The notes below the pieces were generated by a model that did not search any database, was not told the origin of the DNA, and worked only from the letters and a program-made list of their open reading frames with translations. A program made the translations under genes and the position numbers. From Candidatus Multivorans sp. (lineage in GTDB: Bacteria; Acidobacteriota; Thermoanaerobaculia; Multivoradales; Multivoraceae), in assembly GCA_965247095.1 (NCBI GenBank), contig OZ251997.1, forward strand, positions 544,001 through 608,000: a stretch of 64,000 nucleotides of DNA. Reading direction: 5' to 3'. Within the stretch, counting starts at the first letter, position 1, and each line of letters starts with the position of its first letter. Shown here piece after piece: positions 18,431 through 28,728 of the stretch.

Positions 18431-19411
18431 GTGGACTCTCCGATGGCGGGGCGGCGGATGGCGGTGACGATGGGGGACGCGTCTGGCGTAGGTCCCGAGA
18501 TCGCTGTGCGTTGCTTCGCGGAGGGGCTGCTCGGTGACGACGTGATCGTGTACGGAGACGCCGCGGTGCTGGCTAGGGCGGCGGAGGTCCTTGGACTCGA
18601 TGTGCCTCTTTGCGTTGTGGAAGACACGGCGCGGCAAGGCGCGCTAAACGTTCGCGACTTGAAGTGGCTGTCCGCCGACCGGCTGACACCCGGAGTTCTC
18701 AATCCGGAGGCAGGAGCGGCGGCCTTGGCCTACTTGGAGCAGGCGACTCGCGACACACTGGCCGGCAAGGTTGCCGGAGTCGTGACCCTGCCGATGAACA
18801 AAGAGGCGACACGCGCGTCGCGGCCCGACTTCAAGGGCCATACCGAGTTCATCGCCGGCCTGTGCGGCGCCGAGCACTTCGCGATGATGTTGACGGTGCC
18901 GGAAGTGGCGGTGACCCACGTCAGCGCTCACGTCAGCCTGCGCGAGGCGATCGAGCGTGTAGAACCTGTGCGGATCCGCAAGGTCATCGACTTGACCCAC
19001 GAGGCTCTTTCCCGGTTCATCGAACGGCCGCGGATTGCGGTCTGCGGGTTGAACCCGCATGCGGGGGAGCACGGCCTGTTCGGCACCGAGGACGAGGAGA
19101 TCATCCGGCCGACGATCGAGCGGGCAGCGGCGGACGGCCTGGATGTGTCCGGCCCGCATCCGGCGGACACGATCTTCCGCCAGGCGATCCAGCTCGACCG
19201 CTACGACGCCGTCGTCTGCATGTACCACGACCAGGGCCACGCGCCGATGAAGCTCTACGGCTTCGAGCGCGGCGTCAACGTGACGATCGGCCTGCCCATC
19301 GTCCGCACCTCGGTCGACCACGGCACCGCCTTCGACATCGCCTGGCAGGGCAAGGCGTTCACGGACTCGCTGGGCCACGCGCTCGACTACGCGTGGAAGC
19401 TGGCTGGCTAG
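18431..19411 (+). CDS. pdxA: 4-hydroxythreonine-4-phosphate dehydrogenase family (PdxA/PdxA2)
   Basis: AVTMGDASGVGPEI, VTLPMNKE, FKGHTEF, GLNPHAGE, GPHPADTIF, MYHDQGH, VNVTIGLPIVRTSVDHGTAFDIAWQG. Start GTG 18431 or ATG 18443. Confidence 0.93.
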   Translation: MDSPMAGRRMAVTMGDASGVGPEIAVRCFAEGLLGDDVIVYGDAAVLARAAEVLGLDVPLCVVEDTARQGALNVRDLKWLSADRLTPGVLNPEAGAAALAYLEQATRDTLAGKVAGVVTLPMNKEATRASRPDFKGHTEFIAGLCGAEHFAMMLTVPEVAVTHVSAHVSLREAIERVEPVRIRKVIDLTHEALSRFIERPRIAVCGLNPHAGEHGLFGTEDEEIIRPTIERAAADGLDVSGPHPADTIFRQAIQLDRYDAVVCMYHDQGHAPMKLYGFERGVNVTIGLPIVRTSVDHGTAFDIAWQGKAFTDSLGHALDYAWKLAG

Positions 19412-19450
19412 CGTCGGGAACGAGTCACGGGCTCGGCGTTTAGCGGACGG

Positions 19451-19687
19451 CTATGAGGACGGCACCGCAGAGTCGATGTCGGCCTGGAAGCGGCGTGCAT
19501 CGATCCTGGGAGCGTTTCGGGCCGATTCCTCAAGCACTGTGCGGGTGACGAAGCGCCGGGCGGCCACAGGACGCAGCTCGGCAACGGGCGTGCCGTTTCG
19601 GGTGACGGTCATGGCTTGGCTCTCCTGGACGGTGCGAAGCACGTAGGACAGGTTATTGCGGAGCTGGTTCTGCGTGATCGTGACCAC
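19451..19687 (-). CDS. Phd/YefM-family antitoxin (no adjacent toxin)
   Basis: TITQNQLRNNLSYVLRTVQESQAMTVTRNGTPVAELRPV is a Phd N-terminal signature. Likely GTG at 19687. Confidence 0.8.
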   Translation of the reverse strand: MVTITQNQLRNNLSYVLRTVQESQAMTVTRNGTPVAELRPVAARRFVTRTVLEESARNAPRIDARRFQADIDSAVPSS

Positions 19688-19775
19688 CTGGAGGACCGTA
19701 GCAGACTGCTTTGGGAAGACGCGCCTTGCTGTACAGTGACTCTTCGCTAGGGGCTTGCGCGGCAGAACGATCTGA

Positions 19776-19820
19776 CCTGGGAACGCGGGCATCCTGCCCG
19801 CATCCGGCGCGAAGCGCCGG
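19776..19820 (+). repeat. Palindromic REP-like element (short form) plus an extra hairpin
   Basis: cctgggaacGCGGGCAtccTGCCCGCat followed by CCGGCGC-gaa-GCGCCGG. Confidence 0.8.
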
Positions 19821-19865
19821 CCTCTGGGAGTTCTGCCGCGCTAGGCCGACAACGATGAGGAGGTT

Positions 19866-21392
19866 GTGATGGGCGCACGTACGCGAGGGTTGCTTGCGGC
19901 GGTGCTGGCTGCCGCACTGCTTTCGGCAGCCTGCTCCACGGACGGCAGCGGCGGTGACACGGAGGGCGTGGCGGTGACTGCGCAGCCGCCGAACATCGTC
20001 GTCATCCTGGCCGACGATCTCGGCTACGCGGACGTGTCGGCATACGGCACCCGCGTCCAGACGCCGAACATCGACCGCATCGGCCGGGAAGGGGCGGTTT
20101 TCACCCAGGGCTACGTGACGACGCCGGTGTGCTCGCCATCGCGCGCTGGCCTGCTCACCGGCCGCTACCAGCAGCGCTTCGGTTTCGAGTACAACGCGCG
20201 TCAGGCACCGGAAGTGCCGGACGTGGGGCTGATCGCCGGTGAACTGACGATCGCGGACCACCTCCGCGCTGCCGGTTACGCAACGGGAATCGTCGGCAAG
20301 TGGCACCTGGGCTTCAAGGACGAGCACTACCCGACCAACCGCGGTTTCGACGAGTTCTACGGACATCTCTCAGGCGCCACGCGGTTCATCAACACCAGCA
20401 CCGAGGGTGTCGTCTCGATGCCGACGAACCAGGAGTTCCGGAGGCGCGCGCCCGATGACCCGCGCACGGACCTCCTGGTGCGGGGAACGGAACCGCCGGC
20501 GCCGCCTCCTCGCAGCCGCGGCAACCTGATCGTGCGCGGCCCCGAGAAGACGGTGATCGACGAACCGGCCTACATCACGGACATTTTTGGCGACGAGTCG
20601 GTGGACTTCATCCGCCGGCACGCGGAAGAGCCCTTCTTCCTGTACTCCGCGTTCAACGCGCCGCACTCTCCGTTCGAGGTCACGGAGGAGTACTACAACC
20701 GTTTTCCCGATGTCGAGAACGAGCTGCAGCGGATCTACTTCGGCATGATCGCCGCGCTCGACGACGCGGTCGGCCGCATCCTGGACGCGCTGGACGAGGC
20801 CGGGATCGCGGACAATACGCTGGTCGTGTTCCTGTCGGACAACGGCTGCGCCGGCTACTTCCCGGGGCTGTGCTCGTGCGAGCCGCTCTCCGGCGGCAAG
20901 CTGACCTACTACGAGGGCGGCGTGCGGGTTCCCTTCCTGGTGCGTTGGCCGGCCGAGGTTGCGGCCGGAACCCGGATCGACGCGCCGGTGTCGACCCTCG
21001 ACATCCTGCCGACGGCACTGGCGGCGGCCGAGGCCGCGGTGCCGCCCGATCTCGAACTCGACGGGCACGACCTGATGCCGCTCCTGGACGGGTCGGCCGA
21101 GGCTTTGGGCCGCGAGCGCTTCGTGTGGCGGAACTACCCGACGGTTGCAGTTCGAAGCGGCGACATGAAGCTGATCAAGCCGAACCAGGATGAACCCGGC
21201 GGCTTTCTCTACGACCTGGCGAGCGATCAGCGCGAGCAGAGCGACCTGGCAGGCGAGCGGCCGGAGGAGGTCGCCTCGCTCGAAGCGGTGATCGAGGACT
21301 GGCGCTCGATCACGGTGGAGCCGGCCTGGGGCCGCCGCGGGCCGGTGTCCTACTCGATCTGCAACATCGAACCGATCGGCTTCGAAAATTAG
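19866..21392 (+). CDS. Arylsulfatase-family lipoprotein
   Basis: Lipobox SAAC, PNIVVILADDLGYAD, TPNIDRI, CSPSRAGLLTGRY, GKWHLG, FLSDNG, YEGGVRVPF. Confidence 0.95.
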   Translation: MMGARTRGLLAAVLAAALLSAACSTDGSGGDTEGVAVTAQPPNIVVILADDLGYADVSAYGTRVQTPNIDRIGREGAVFTQGYVTTPVCSPSRAGLLTGRYQQRFGFEYNARQAPEVPDVGLIAGELTIADHLRAAGYATGIVGKWHLGFKDEHYPTNRGFDEFYGHLSGATRFINTSTEGVVSMPTNQEFRRRAPDDPRTDLLVRGTEPPAPPPRSRGNLIVRGPEKTVIDEPAYITDIFGDESVDFIRRHAEEPFFLYSAFNAPHSPFEVTEEYYNRFPDVENELQRIYFGMIAALDDAVGRILDALDEAGIADNTLVVFLSDNGCAGYFPGLCSCEPLSGGKLTYYEGGVRVPFLVRWPAEVAAGTRIDAPVSTLDILPTALAAAEAAVPPDLELDGHDLMPLLDGSAEALGRERFVWRNYPTVAVRSGDMKLIKPNQDEPGGFLYDLASDQREQSDLAGERPEEVASLEAVIEDWRSITVEPAWGRRGPVSYSICNIEPIGFEN

Positions 21393-21521
21393 TGGACCGG
21401 CGGAACGTTTCGCGCGGTTCTCGGTTACAAGAGTGAAGTCCAAAGCACCGATGTAGCCGATGAACGCCGACCAGGAGCGGGCGCCGCTTCTGACGGCAAG
21501 CGAGAAGCGGGAGGAGAGAAA

Positions 21522-23006
21522 ATGGCCACCTGCAATGAGATGGAGCTTGGTCAGCGGTGCGGACCCGCCGGAGTGTTGGCGGCGACGCTGGCGATGGTGC
21601 TGTCGATCGGAGCATGCGAACGCTCGACGGCACCTGACGGGTCGAGCGCCGAGGACGACATAGCTGCGTTGGTTGCGGAGGTCGGTCCAGACTGGGAAGT
21701 CGTGGAGGATTACCTCGATCGTGAACGGGAGTGGATGGCCCGGATCCTCGTGTCTGGCGAGGCCTCGGAGGACGACTCGTCCCCGAGCGTCGGAGAGGCG
21801 GCTAGTGCAAAGCCACGGATCTTCGTGCTTCGCTCATCGGGAGATGGCGCTCCGCCGAGGGCCGAAGTGGAGCAACGGCTACGAGCAGCGCTCGAGGCTC
21901 GGGACGGTGCCGAAGTAGTAGACCCGCGGCGCGGAGACGAGGACTCGCCTCCGAGCGCTCTGGTGAACGAGGCTCTGCGAGCAGCGCTTGAGGCTCAGAA
22001 CGGCGCCGGAGTGGTGGACGTGCCCCGAGACGAGGACTCGCCTCTTAGCGCGGAGAGCATGGCGCCCGATTCCCCCGAGATTGGCCGTGCCGCCGCTGCG
22101 GCAATCGCGATTCTGGAAGCTGGCGGCGCGCACGAGAAGACGGTCGAGGCCGCGGAGTTTCTCGTAAACCATGCGGCGCTGGCACCGGGAGGCGTGGAGT
22201 ACGCCTCCAGGGGCGCGAAGGCTCTGCTCGAATTCGCACCCGACTACGAGGGTTGGGGCTTCATGCTTCAACGAATGCACTTGTTGGGGCGTGTCGGGCC
22301 GGACAGGGGGCCCGCGGCAGATGCGTTCTTCGAGGAGTTGGCCTCCGAGGCCGAGGATCCGGTGCTGCGTGCCGCCGGGCGCTACTACATCGCGGCCGGA
22401 CGGATGCAGTCCACAAACGCCCCCGGAATGTCCGAGCAGGATCGCGTAATCAAGCGTCAAAGCGCTCTCGATGCGGCGACTGGCTTGAGCGCTGGGGTCG
22501 AGGAGGAATCGCTCCCCGGGGACGAGCGGACATTCGCGGATGCGGAGGCCGACCTCATCCGGAGCATCCGCAACGCGACTGTGGGCAGTAAGGTGCCGGA
22601 CCTTGTGGGCAGTCGGCTGGATGGCGTTGAAGAACGCCTCTCGGACTACAGGGGCCGTGTGGTGCTTCTCGATTTCTGGGCGACGTGGTGCGGGCCGTGC
22701 GTGGCTGCACTGCCGCAGAAACGGCAACTCGTTGCCGATCTCCCCGCAGATCGATTCGCTCTCCTGTCGATCAGTGTCGACGCAGACCTTGACACCGTGA
22801 CCGGGTTCATGGAGGAGGAGCCGATGCCGTGGTCAAGCTGGCATGTCGGAATGAGGAGCGACATCACGCGGACCCTGCATGTCGGTTCATATCCCACCTA
22901 CATTCTGATCGACGAACAAGGCGAGATTCTGGCTAGAACGAACCACCTCCCGGAGGAGTTCGTGGGTCTCATCGAAGAAACGGTCGGAGGTGGCCCGGAG
23001 GCTTGA
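21522..23006 (+). CDS. TlpA/ResA-like thiol-disulfide oxidoreductase lipoprotein with large helical N-region
   Basis: Lipobox IGAC, C-terminal LSDYRGRVVLLDFWATWCGPC, SYPTYILIDEQGEI. Confidence 0.88.
   Translation: MATCNEMELGQRCGPAGVLAATLAMVLSIGACERSTAPDGSSAEDDIAALVAEVGPDWEVVEDYLDREREWMARILVSGEASEDDSSPSVGEAASAKPRIFVLRSSGDGAPPRAEVEQRLRAALEARDGAEVVDPRRGDEDSPPSALVNEALRAALEAQNGAGVVDVPRDEDSPLSAESMAPDSPEIGRAAAAAIAILEAGGAHEKTVEAAEFLVNHAALAPGGVEYASRGAKALLEFAPDYEGWGFMLQRMHLLGRVGPDRGPAADAFFEELASEAEDPVLRAAGRYYIAAGRMQSTNAPGMSEQDRVIKRQSALDAATGLSAGVEEESLPGDERTFADAEADLIRSIRNATVGSKVPDLVGSRLDGVEERLSDYRGRVVLLDFWATWCGPCVAALPQKRQLVADLPADRFALLSISVDADLDTVTGFMEEEPMPWSSWHVGMRSDITRTLHVGSYPTYILIDEQGEILARTNHLPEEFVGLIEETVGGGPEA
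21879..22051 (+). repeat. Intragenic imperfect duplication (two ~26-codon copies) in the TlpA-like gene
   Basis: LRAALEARDGAEVVDPRRGDEDSPPSA versus LRAALEAQNGAGVVDVPR-DEDSPLSA; absent from the downstream paralog. Confidence 0.8.
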
Positions 23007-23019
23007 AGGGGAGGAGGCC

Positions 23020-23780
23020 ATGACGATGTGTTGTGACATGGTGCGTGTTCGGTGGTGCAGAACCGCCGCGGCCTTGGCGGTGCTGGCGATGGGGCTGTCG
23101 ATCGGAGCATGCGAACGCTCGGCGACCGCGGATGCGGCGAATGCCGAGGACGAGTTCGCGGCATTGATTGCCGAAGTCGGTCCCGACTGGGAGGTCGTCG
23201 AGGACTACATCGACCGCCAGCGGGAGTGGATGAAACGGAGCATGGAGCGTCTCACCGCGAAGGCGGAAGATCCGGACGGTGCAAACGAGGAGGAGGAGTC
23301 CGAGTTTCCGGACGTGAGCCGTGCTGCGGCCGCGGCAGCGGCGATCCTCGAGGACGGGGGCTCCCACGAGAAGACGATTCAGGCGGCGGAGTTCCTCGTC
23401 AATCAGGCGGCAATGGTTCCGGGGGGCGACAAGCATGGCTACAGGGGCGCGAAGGCTCTGCTGGAGCACGCACCGGACAACGAAGGCTGGCGGTTTCGTG
23501 CTGGCTCGGATGCACTCCATGCGGCACTATGGTGAGGACGGGAAACCCACTCGGCCCGGGTTCGAGGCCTTTTTCGAGGAACTGGCGTCCGACGCCGAAG
23601 ATCCGGTGCTCCGTGCGGCGGGCCGCTTCTACGTTGCGGCGGGGCTGATGGAGTCCGTCAACGTGCTCGCCCTGGCGCCGGACCTAAATGCTCATCGGCG
23701 AACACGGTGAGATCCTGGCCCGGACCGGTGGCCTGAATGACGAGTTCCTGTCCCTGATCGAGGAGGCGGTTTGGGGGTAG
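23020..23780 (+). pseudogene. Decayed tandem paralog of the TlpA-like lipoprotein
   Basis: Same leader (LSIGACERS..AEVGPDWEVVEDY). One-base frameshift near 23491-23496 continues as FVLARMH..FFEELASDAEDPVLRAAGRFYVAAG, then a jump at ~23680 to T*MLIGEHGEILART..LIEEAVWG*. The WCGPC region is deleted. Confidence 0.88.
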
Positions 23781-23880
23781 CCCGGAGGCTTGAGTCCGGC
23801 GCGCATCTGCCGCCAGGGGGGTACCGGACCGCCTCTCAGATACACCGCGGGGACGATTCGGGTTATCGTGGAGGTCGTTC

Positions 23881-25215
23881 ATGCGTAGCGGCCTTTCCTC
23901 ACACGCTCTGGCCCTGTTCCTGGTCGCGGTCGTCGCCGGCCCGGGAGCCGGTACTGCCCAGAATCTCACCGAGGCGATCGCCGAGGACTACCGGGCCGAG
24001 CTGAAGTCGCTCTTCGAGCACTTCCACCGCAACCCGGAGCTGTCCTTCCTGGAACACAAGACGGCGGCGCGCCTCGCCGCGGAGCTCCAGAAGTCCGGGG
24101 TCGAAGTCACGGAGGGGATCGGCCGCACCGGCATCGTCGGCATGATGCGGAACGGCGACGGGCCGCTGGTGCTGGTCCGCGCGGACATGGACGGCTTGCC
24201 GGTTGCGGAGAAGTCGGAACTGCCGTACGCATCGACCGTCACCCAGGTCGATCTCTCGGGCGAAGAGGTTCCTGTGATGCACGCGTGTGGCCACGACGTC
24301 CACATCACCTCGATGGTCGGCGTGGCGCGCCGGCTGGCGGCGACGCGCGACCAGTGGTCGGGGACGGTGATGTTCGTCGGGCAGCCGGCCGAGGAGCGGA
24401 TCATGGGCGCCCGCGAGATGATCGAGGACGGCCTGTACGAGCGCTTCGGCGTGCCGGACTACGCGCTGGCATTCCACGTCGCGGCGGGCAAGCCGGCCGG
24501 GAAGATCGACGTGCCGCCGGGCCTGCTCGCATCGTCGTCGGACAGTGTCGACGTCACGGTGTTCGGCATCGGCGCGCACGGTGCGTCGCCGCACCGCGGC
24601 AAGGATCCGATCTACATCGCGGCGCAGCTCGTGGTGGCGCTGCAGGGCATCGTGAGCCGGGAACTGAACCCGCTCGAGCCCGGCGTGGTCACCGTGGGCG
24701 CGATCCACGGCGGCTTCAAGCACAACGTGATCCCGGATCGGGTCGAGCTGCAGCTCACCGTGCGGGCGAACAGCGAAGAGACGCGGGAGCAGTTGCTGTC
24801 GGCGATCGAGCGGATCGCCGAGGGGGTCGGCCGGGCGGCGGGGCTGCCGAGCTCGCTGCTGCCGAAGGTGGTGCGAACGAAGGAATCGACGCCGGTGACG
24901 GTGAACGACTCGGAACTGGCGGCCAGGGTGCGCGCCGCGATCGGGCGCGGCATGGGCGATGACGTGTTCCACACCGAGCCGCCCTCCGGCATGGGCGCCG
25001 AGGACTTCGCGTACTTCGTGGGCACGGAGCACAAGGTGCCCGGCACGTACTTCGATGTCGGAGGCACGTCGCAAGCCGATCTGGAAGCAGAGGCGGCGGG
25101 CGGGCCGCCAGTGCCGTCCCACCACTCGCCGTTCTTCCGCATCGAGCCGGAACCGGCGATTCGCGCGGGTGTCGAGGCGATGACCCTGGCGGTGCTCGAC
25201 CTGCTTCGGCCGTAG
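23881..25215 (+). CDS. Secreted M20D amidohydrolase (hippurate hydrolase-like)
   Basis: Signal peptide, FHRNPELSFLE, RADMDGLPV, MHACGHDVH, QPAEE, GAEDFAYF, SHHSPFF. Confidence 0.93.
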   Translation: MRSGLSSHALALFLVAVVAGPGAGTAQNLTEAIAEDYRAELKSLFEHFHRNPELSFLEHKTAARLAAELQKSGVEVTEGIGRTGIVGMMRNGDGPLVLVRADMDGLPVAEKSELPYASTVTQVDLSGEEVPVMHACGHDVHITSMVGVARRLAATRDQWSGTVMFVGQPAEERIMGAREMIEDGLYERFGVPDYALAFHVAAGKPAGKIDVPPGLLASSSDSVDVTVFGIGAHGASPHRGKDPIYIAAQLVVALQGIVSRELNPLEPGVVTVGAIHGGFKHNVIPDRVELQLTVRANSEETREQLLSAIERIAEGVGRAAGLPSSLLPKVVRTKESTPVTVNDSELAARVRAAIGRGMGDDVFHTEPPSGMGAEDFAYFVGTEHKVPGTYFDVGGTSQADLEAEAAGGPPVPSHHSPFFRIEPEPAIRAGVEAMTLAVLDLLRP

Positions 25216-25219
25216 GCCG

Positions 25220-25879
25220 ATGCCCGAGCCCGAAGGCCCCTTCGAGCAGATTCCGGAACCCGCGCTGGGGAAGGTCCTCGCCGAGCTGGAGCGCCTCTAT
25301 CCGGACGCGGACTGCGAACTCCGGCACGAGAACGCCCTGCAGCTCCTGATCGCGACGATCCTCTCGGCCCAGTCCACCGACGTGCGCGTGAACCAGGTCA
25401 CGGCGACCCTGTTCGAGCGCTACCGGTCTGCTTTGGACTTCGCGGCCGCCGATCCGGCCGTGTTCGAACAGGAGATCCGCAGCACGGGCTTCTTCCGCAA
25501 CAAGACGAAGAGCGTGCTGGGCGCGGCGAGGAAGATCACAGACGACTTCGGCGGCGAGGTGCCGGACACGATGGAGGAACTCGTCACCCTTCCGGGCGTG
25601 GCGCGCAAGACGGCGAACGTCGTGCTCGGAACCTGGTTCAAGAAGCCGGTCGGCGTCGTCGTCGACACCCACATCGGTCGCCTTGCCCGCCGCCTGGGCA
25701 TCACCCGCGAGACGGATCCGGTCCGGGTGGAGCGGGACCTGATGAACCGGCTGCCGCGGGACAGGTGGATCTTCGCCGGTCACGCGATCATCTGGCACGG
25801 CCGCCGCGTCTGCTCCGCGCGCCGGCCCGACTGCGCGAGCTGCACGCTCGCCGCGTGGTGTCCGCGCAACGGGTTGTAG
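25220..25879 (+). CDS. nth: Endonuclease III
   Basis: [17 protein letters not shown], Hh[18 protein letters not shown], 4Fe-4S motif C-X6-C-X2-C-X5-C ([17 protein letters not shown]). Confidence 0.96.
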   Translation: MPEPEGPFEQIPEPALGKVLAELERLYPDADCELRHENALQLLIATILSAQSTDVRVNQVTATLFERYRSALDFAAADPAVFEQEIRSTGFFRNKTKSVLGAARKITDDFGGEVPDTMEELVTLPGVARKTANVVLGTWFKKPVGVVVDTHIGRLARRLGITRETDPVRVERDLMNRLPRDRWIFAGHAIIWHGRRVCSARRPDCASCTLAAWCPRNGL

Positions 25880-25911
25880 CGGTAGTCCCTGCTGCTAGGC
25901 TGCCGCGTCCT

Positions 25912-28728
25912 ATGAGGAAGCGAACGGGTAGTCCGCTGCTTCGGTTTGCGGCGGTGTTGGTGCTGGCGGCCGCGCCGCTGGTCTCCGGACCGCCTCCGGC
26001 GCCGCCGCCGTTCTACGCGATCCAGGGCGTACGGGTCGAGGTCGGCGACGGCACGGTGCTCGAAGGGGCGACGGTCGTGATCGAGAACGGGACGATCACG
26101 GCAGTGGGGTTGGATGCGGCGATCCCGGCGCACGCCAGGGTCATCGACGGTGAGGGCCTGACGGTGTTTCCGGGGCTGATCGACGCCATGGGCAGTCTGC
26201 CGCAGCAGCGGCGTCCCGGCGGCGGCCCCGCCGCGGGTGGACCCGCTCCCGGCGGTCCGCGGCGGCGGCCGGATGCCAACAGCCCGCTGCCGCGCGGGCC
26301 GGAGGACCGCCCGCAGACGACTCCCTGGAAGCGGGCCGCGGACGACTTGGCGCTTGACGCGGAGGCGGTCGAGGCCTGGCGCAAGGCGGGGTTCACGTCG
26401 GTTGCGGCGCGAGCCGGCCAGGGCCTGTTCCCGGGACGGCTGTCCCTGGTGCGATTCGGCGAGCCGGGGGCGGATCCCGAACATCAGGTCGTCGCTCCTG
26501 AACTCGCGCAGATGGCTTCGTTCGACACCGGCGGCGGTTTCGGCTCCTACCCGGGCGCCCTGATGGGCAAGATCGCCTACTTGCGGCAGGTGCTGCTGGA
26601 CGCGGGTCACTATGCGGCCGCGGTCGCTTCCTACGAGGCGGACCCCGCGGGTTGGCGGCGGCCCGACTTCGATCGCACACTGGCGCCCCTGGCAGCGACC
26701 GCGGCGGGGAACGAGCGCATTCTGTTGCCGGGTTCGAGCGCCGCGGAGATCGAGCGGGCGCTCCGTCTGGGCGAGGAGTTCGGCCTGGACTCGATCGTCT
26801 ACGGCGGCCAGGAAGCCTACCGGCTCGCCGGGGAGCTCGCGGCTGCCGGCGTTCCGGTGCTGGTCGACGTCGACTGGCCCGAGGCGTTGCCGGAGCGCGA
26901 CCGGGATCCGGACGCCGACCGGCCGCTGAGGCAGATTCTCCACGAACGCTTGGCGCCGTCGACCCCGGTCGAGCTGGCGGAGGCGGGCGCGCAGTTCGCC
27001 TTCTCGTCGGGCGGCGCGAAGTCCGCCGACGAGTTTCTCGCCGGTGTGCGTCGCGCGATCGAAGGAGGGCTGGAACCGGGGCGCGCGCTCACGGCGTTGA
27101 CCCGCGACGCGGCCGCGACCTACGGCCTGGAGGATCGGATCGGCAGGGTGGCCGAAGGGTTGGCGGCCGACCTGGTGCTGGCCGATGGCTACCCGTGGCA
27201 GGAATCGGTGCGGGTCGCGGCGGTGTTCGTCGACGGCCGCCGGTACGCCGCCTCTGACGGCGACGACGCCGGAGCTGCTGAAGGCGAAGAAGGCGAAGAA
27301 GGCGAAGAGGGTGCGAAGGACGCGCCGGCGCCGCTGCGGCTGGCCGAAGTCGCGGAGAGGTACGAGGCGGTCGCCGGCGACTCGGCGGTGCCGATGACCG
27401 GGCCGTACCGGCAGGACGACGTGCTCGCGATCGTCGGCGGGACGGTCCTGACCATGGCCGGGGAGACGATCGAGAACGGCACCGTCGTGGTGCGCGACGG
27501 CCGGGTCGCCGCGGTCGGCAGGCGCGTGAGGCCGCCCCGGGGCGCTCACGTGATCGATGCCGCCGGCCGTTACGTGGTCCCCGGGATCATCGACGCGCAC
27601 TCCCACATCGCCGCCGAGGGCGGGATCAACGAGGGCAGTCTGGCGGTGACTTCCATGGTGCGGGTCGCCGATGTGGTCGATCCGACCGACATCGGCATCT
27701 ACCGCGCTCTGGCGGGCGGCGTGACGACGATCAACGTGCTGCACGGCAGCGCGAACCCGATCGGCGGCCAGAACCAGGTGCTCAAGCTGCGCTGGGGGCA
27801 GGACGCCGACGGCATGCGTTTCGAGGGCGCGCCGCCCGGCATCAAGTTCGCCCTCGGCGAGAACCCGAAGCGGTCGCGGTCCTTCGGTCAGGGTCCGCGG
27901 CGCTATCCGGCGACCCGGATGGGTGTGCTGGACGTGATCCGGCAGGCGTTCACCGAGGCCGCCGAGTACCAAGGGGCGTGGGCGCGTCACCGCGAGGCGG
28001 AAGCCGCCGGCGAGCGCAGCCGGCCGCCGGCCCGCGATCTGGAGCTCGAGGCGCTGGTGGAGATCCTGGAGGGACGCCGCCTGGTCCACGCCCACAGCTA
28101 CCGCGCCGACGAGATCCTGCAGTTGCTCCGCCTGGCGGAAGAGCTGGGCTTCCGGATCGCCACCCTGCAGCATGTGCTCGAGGGCTACCGGGTGGCGGAC
28201 GAGATCGCGGCCCACGGCGCCGGAGCTTCGACCTTCTCCGACTGGTGGGCGTACAAGGTCGAGGCCTACGAGGCGATCCCGTACAACGCCGCCCTGATGA
28301 CCGACCGCGGCGTCGTCGTGTCGATCAACTCGGATGACGCGGAGGAGATGCGCCACCTGAACCACGAGGCGGCCAAGGCGGTCAAGTGGGGGGGCTTAAG
28401 CGACGAGCAGGCGCTCGCCCTGGTCACGATCAACCCGGCGAAGCAGCTTCGGATCGACGACCGCGTCGGTTCGATCGAGGTCGGCAAGGACGCGGATCTC
28501 GTCATCTACGACGGGCATCCGCTGAGTTCCTACGCGGTGGTTCAGACCACCCTGGTCGACGGCAAGGTCTACTTCGACCGCGAGTTGGACCAGGTCCGGC
28601 AGCGGCGCCTGGCCGCGCTGGAACAGTCGCTGATGGAGTCAAGCGCTACGACCCAGGGATCCCAGGACCCGCCCGTAGTTGAACCGAAGCCCCGCGGGTC
28701 GGACGACAACGGTGGAGAAGCGCCGTGA
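25912..28728 (+). CDS. Secreted two-domain amidohydrolase-superfamily protein
   Basis: Signal peptide from ATG 25912. Domain 1 [10 protein letters not shown] (no HxH), acidic EGE linker, domain 2 [52 protein letters not shown]. Confidence 0.88.
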   Translation: MRKRTGSPLLRFAAVLVLAAAPLVSGPPPAPPPFYAIQGVRVEVGDGTVLEGATVVIENGTITAVGLDAAIPAHARVIDGEGLTVFPGLIDAMGSLPQQRRPGGGPAAGGPAPGGPRRRPDANSPLPRGPEDRPQTTPWKRAADDLALDAEAVEAWRKAGFTSVAARAGQGLFPGRLSLVRFGEPGADPEHQVVAPELAQMASFDTGGGFGSYPGALMGKIAYLRQVLLDAGHYAAAVASYEADPAGWRRPDFDRTLAPLAATAAGNERILLPGSSAAEIERALRLGEEFGLDSIVYGGQEAYRLAGELAAAGVPVLVDVDWPEALPERDRDPDADRPLRQILHERLAPSTPVELAEAGAQFAFSSGGAKSADEFLAGVRRAIEGGLEPGRALTALTRDAAATYGLEDRIGRVAEGLAADLVLADGYPWQESVRVAAVFVDGRRYAASDGDDAGAAEGEEGEEGEEGAKDAPAPLRLAEVAERYEAVAGDSAVPMTGPYRQDDVLAIVGGTVLTMAGETIENGTVVVRDGRVAAVGRRVRPPRGAHVIDAAGRYVVPGIIDAHSHIAAEGGINEGSLAVTSMVRVADVVDPTDIGIYRALAGGVTTINVLHGSANPIGGQNQVLKLRWGQDADGMRFEGAPPGIKFALGENPKRSRSFGQGPRRYPATRMGVLDVIRQAFTEAAEYQGAWARHREAEAAGERSRPPARDLELEALVEILEGRRLVHAHSYRADEILQLLRLAEELGFRIATLQHVLEGYRVADEIAAHGAGASTFSDWWAYKVEAYEAIPYNAALMTDRGVVVSINSDDAEEMRHLNHEAAKAVKWGGLSDEQALALVTINPAKQLRIDDRVGSIEVGKDADLVIYDGHPLSSYAVVQTTLVDGKVYFDRELDQVRQRRLAALEQSLMESSATTQGSQDPPVVEPKPRGSDDNGGEAP

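Noticed and set aside
27280-27309. (gaaggcgaa)x3 here and the 9-bp repeat at 45665-45700 as contingency loci
   Set aside because: In-frame 9-bp units encoding acidic linkers or tails; slippage would not change frame.
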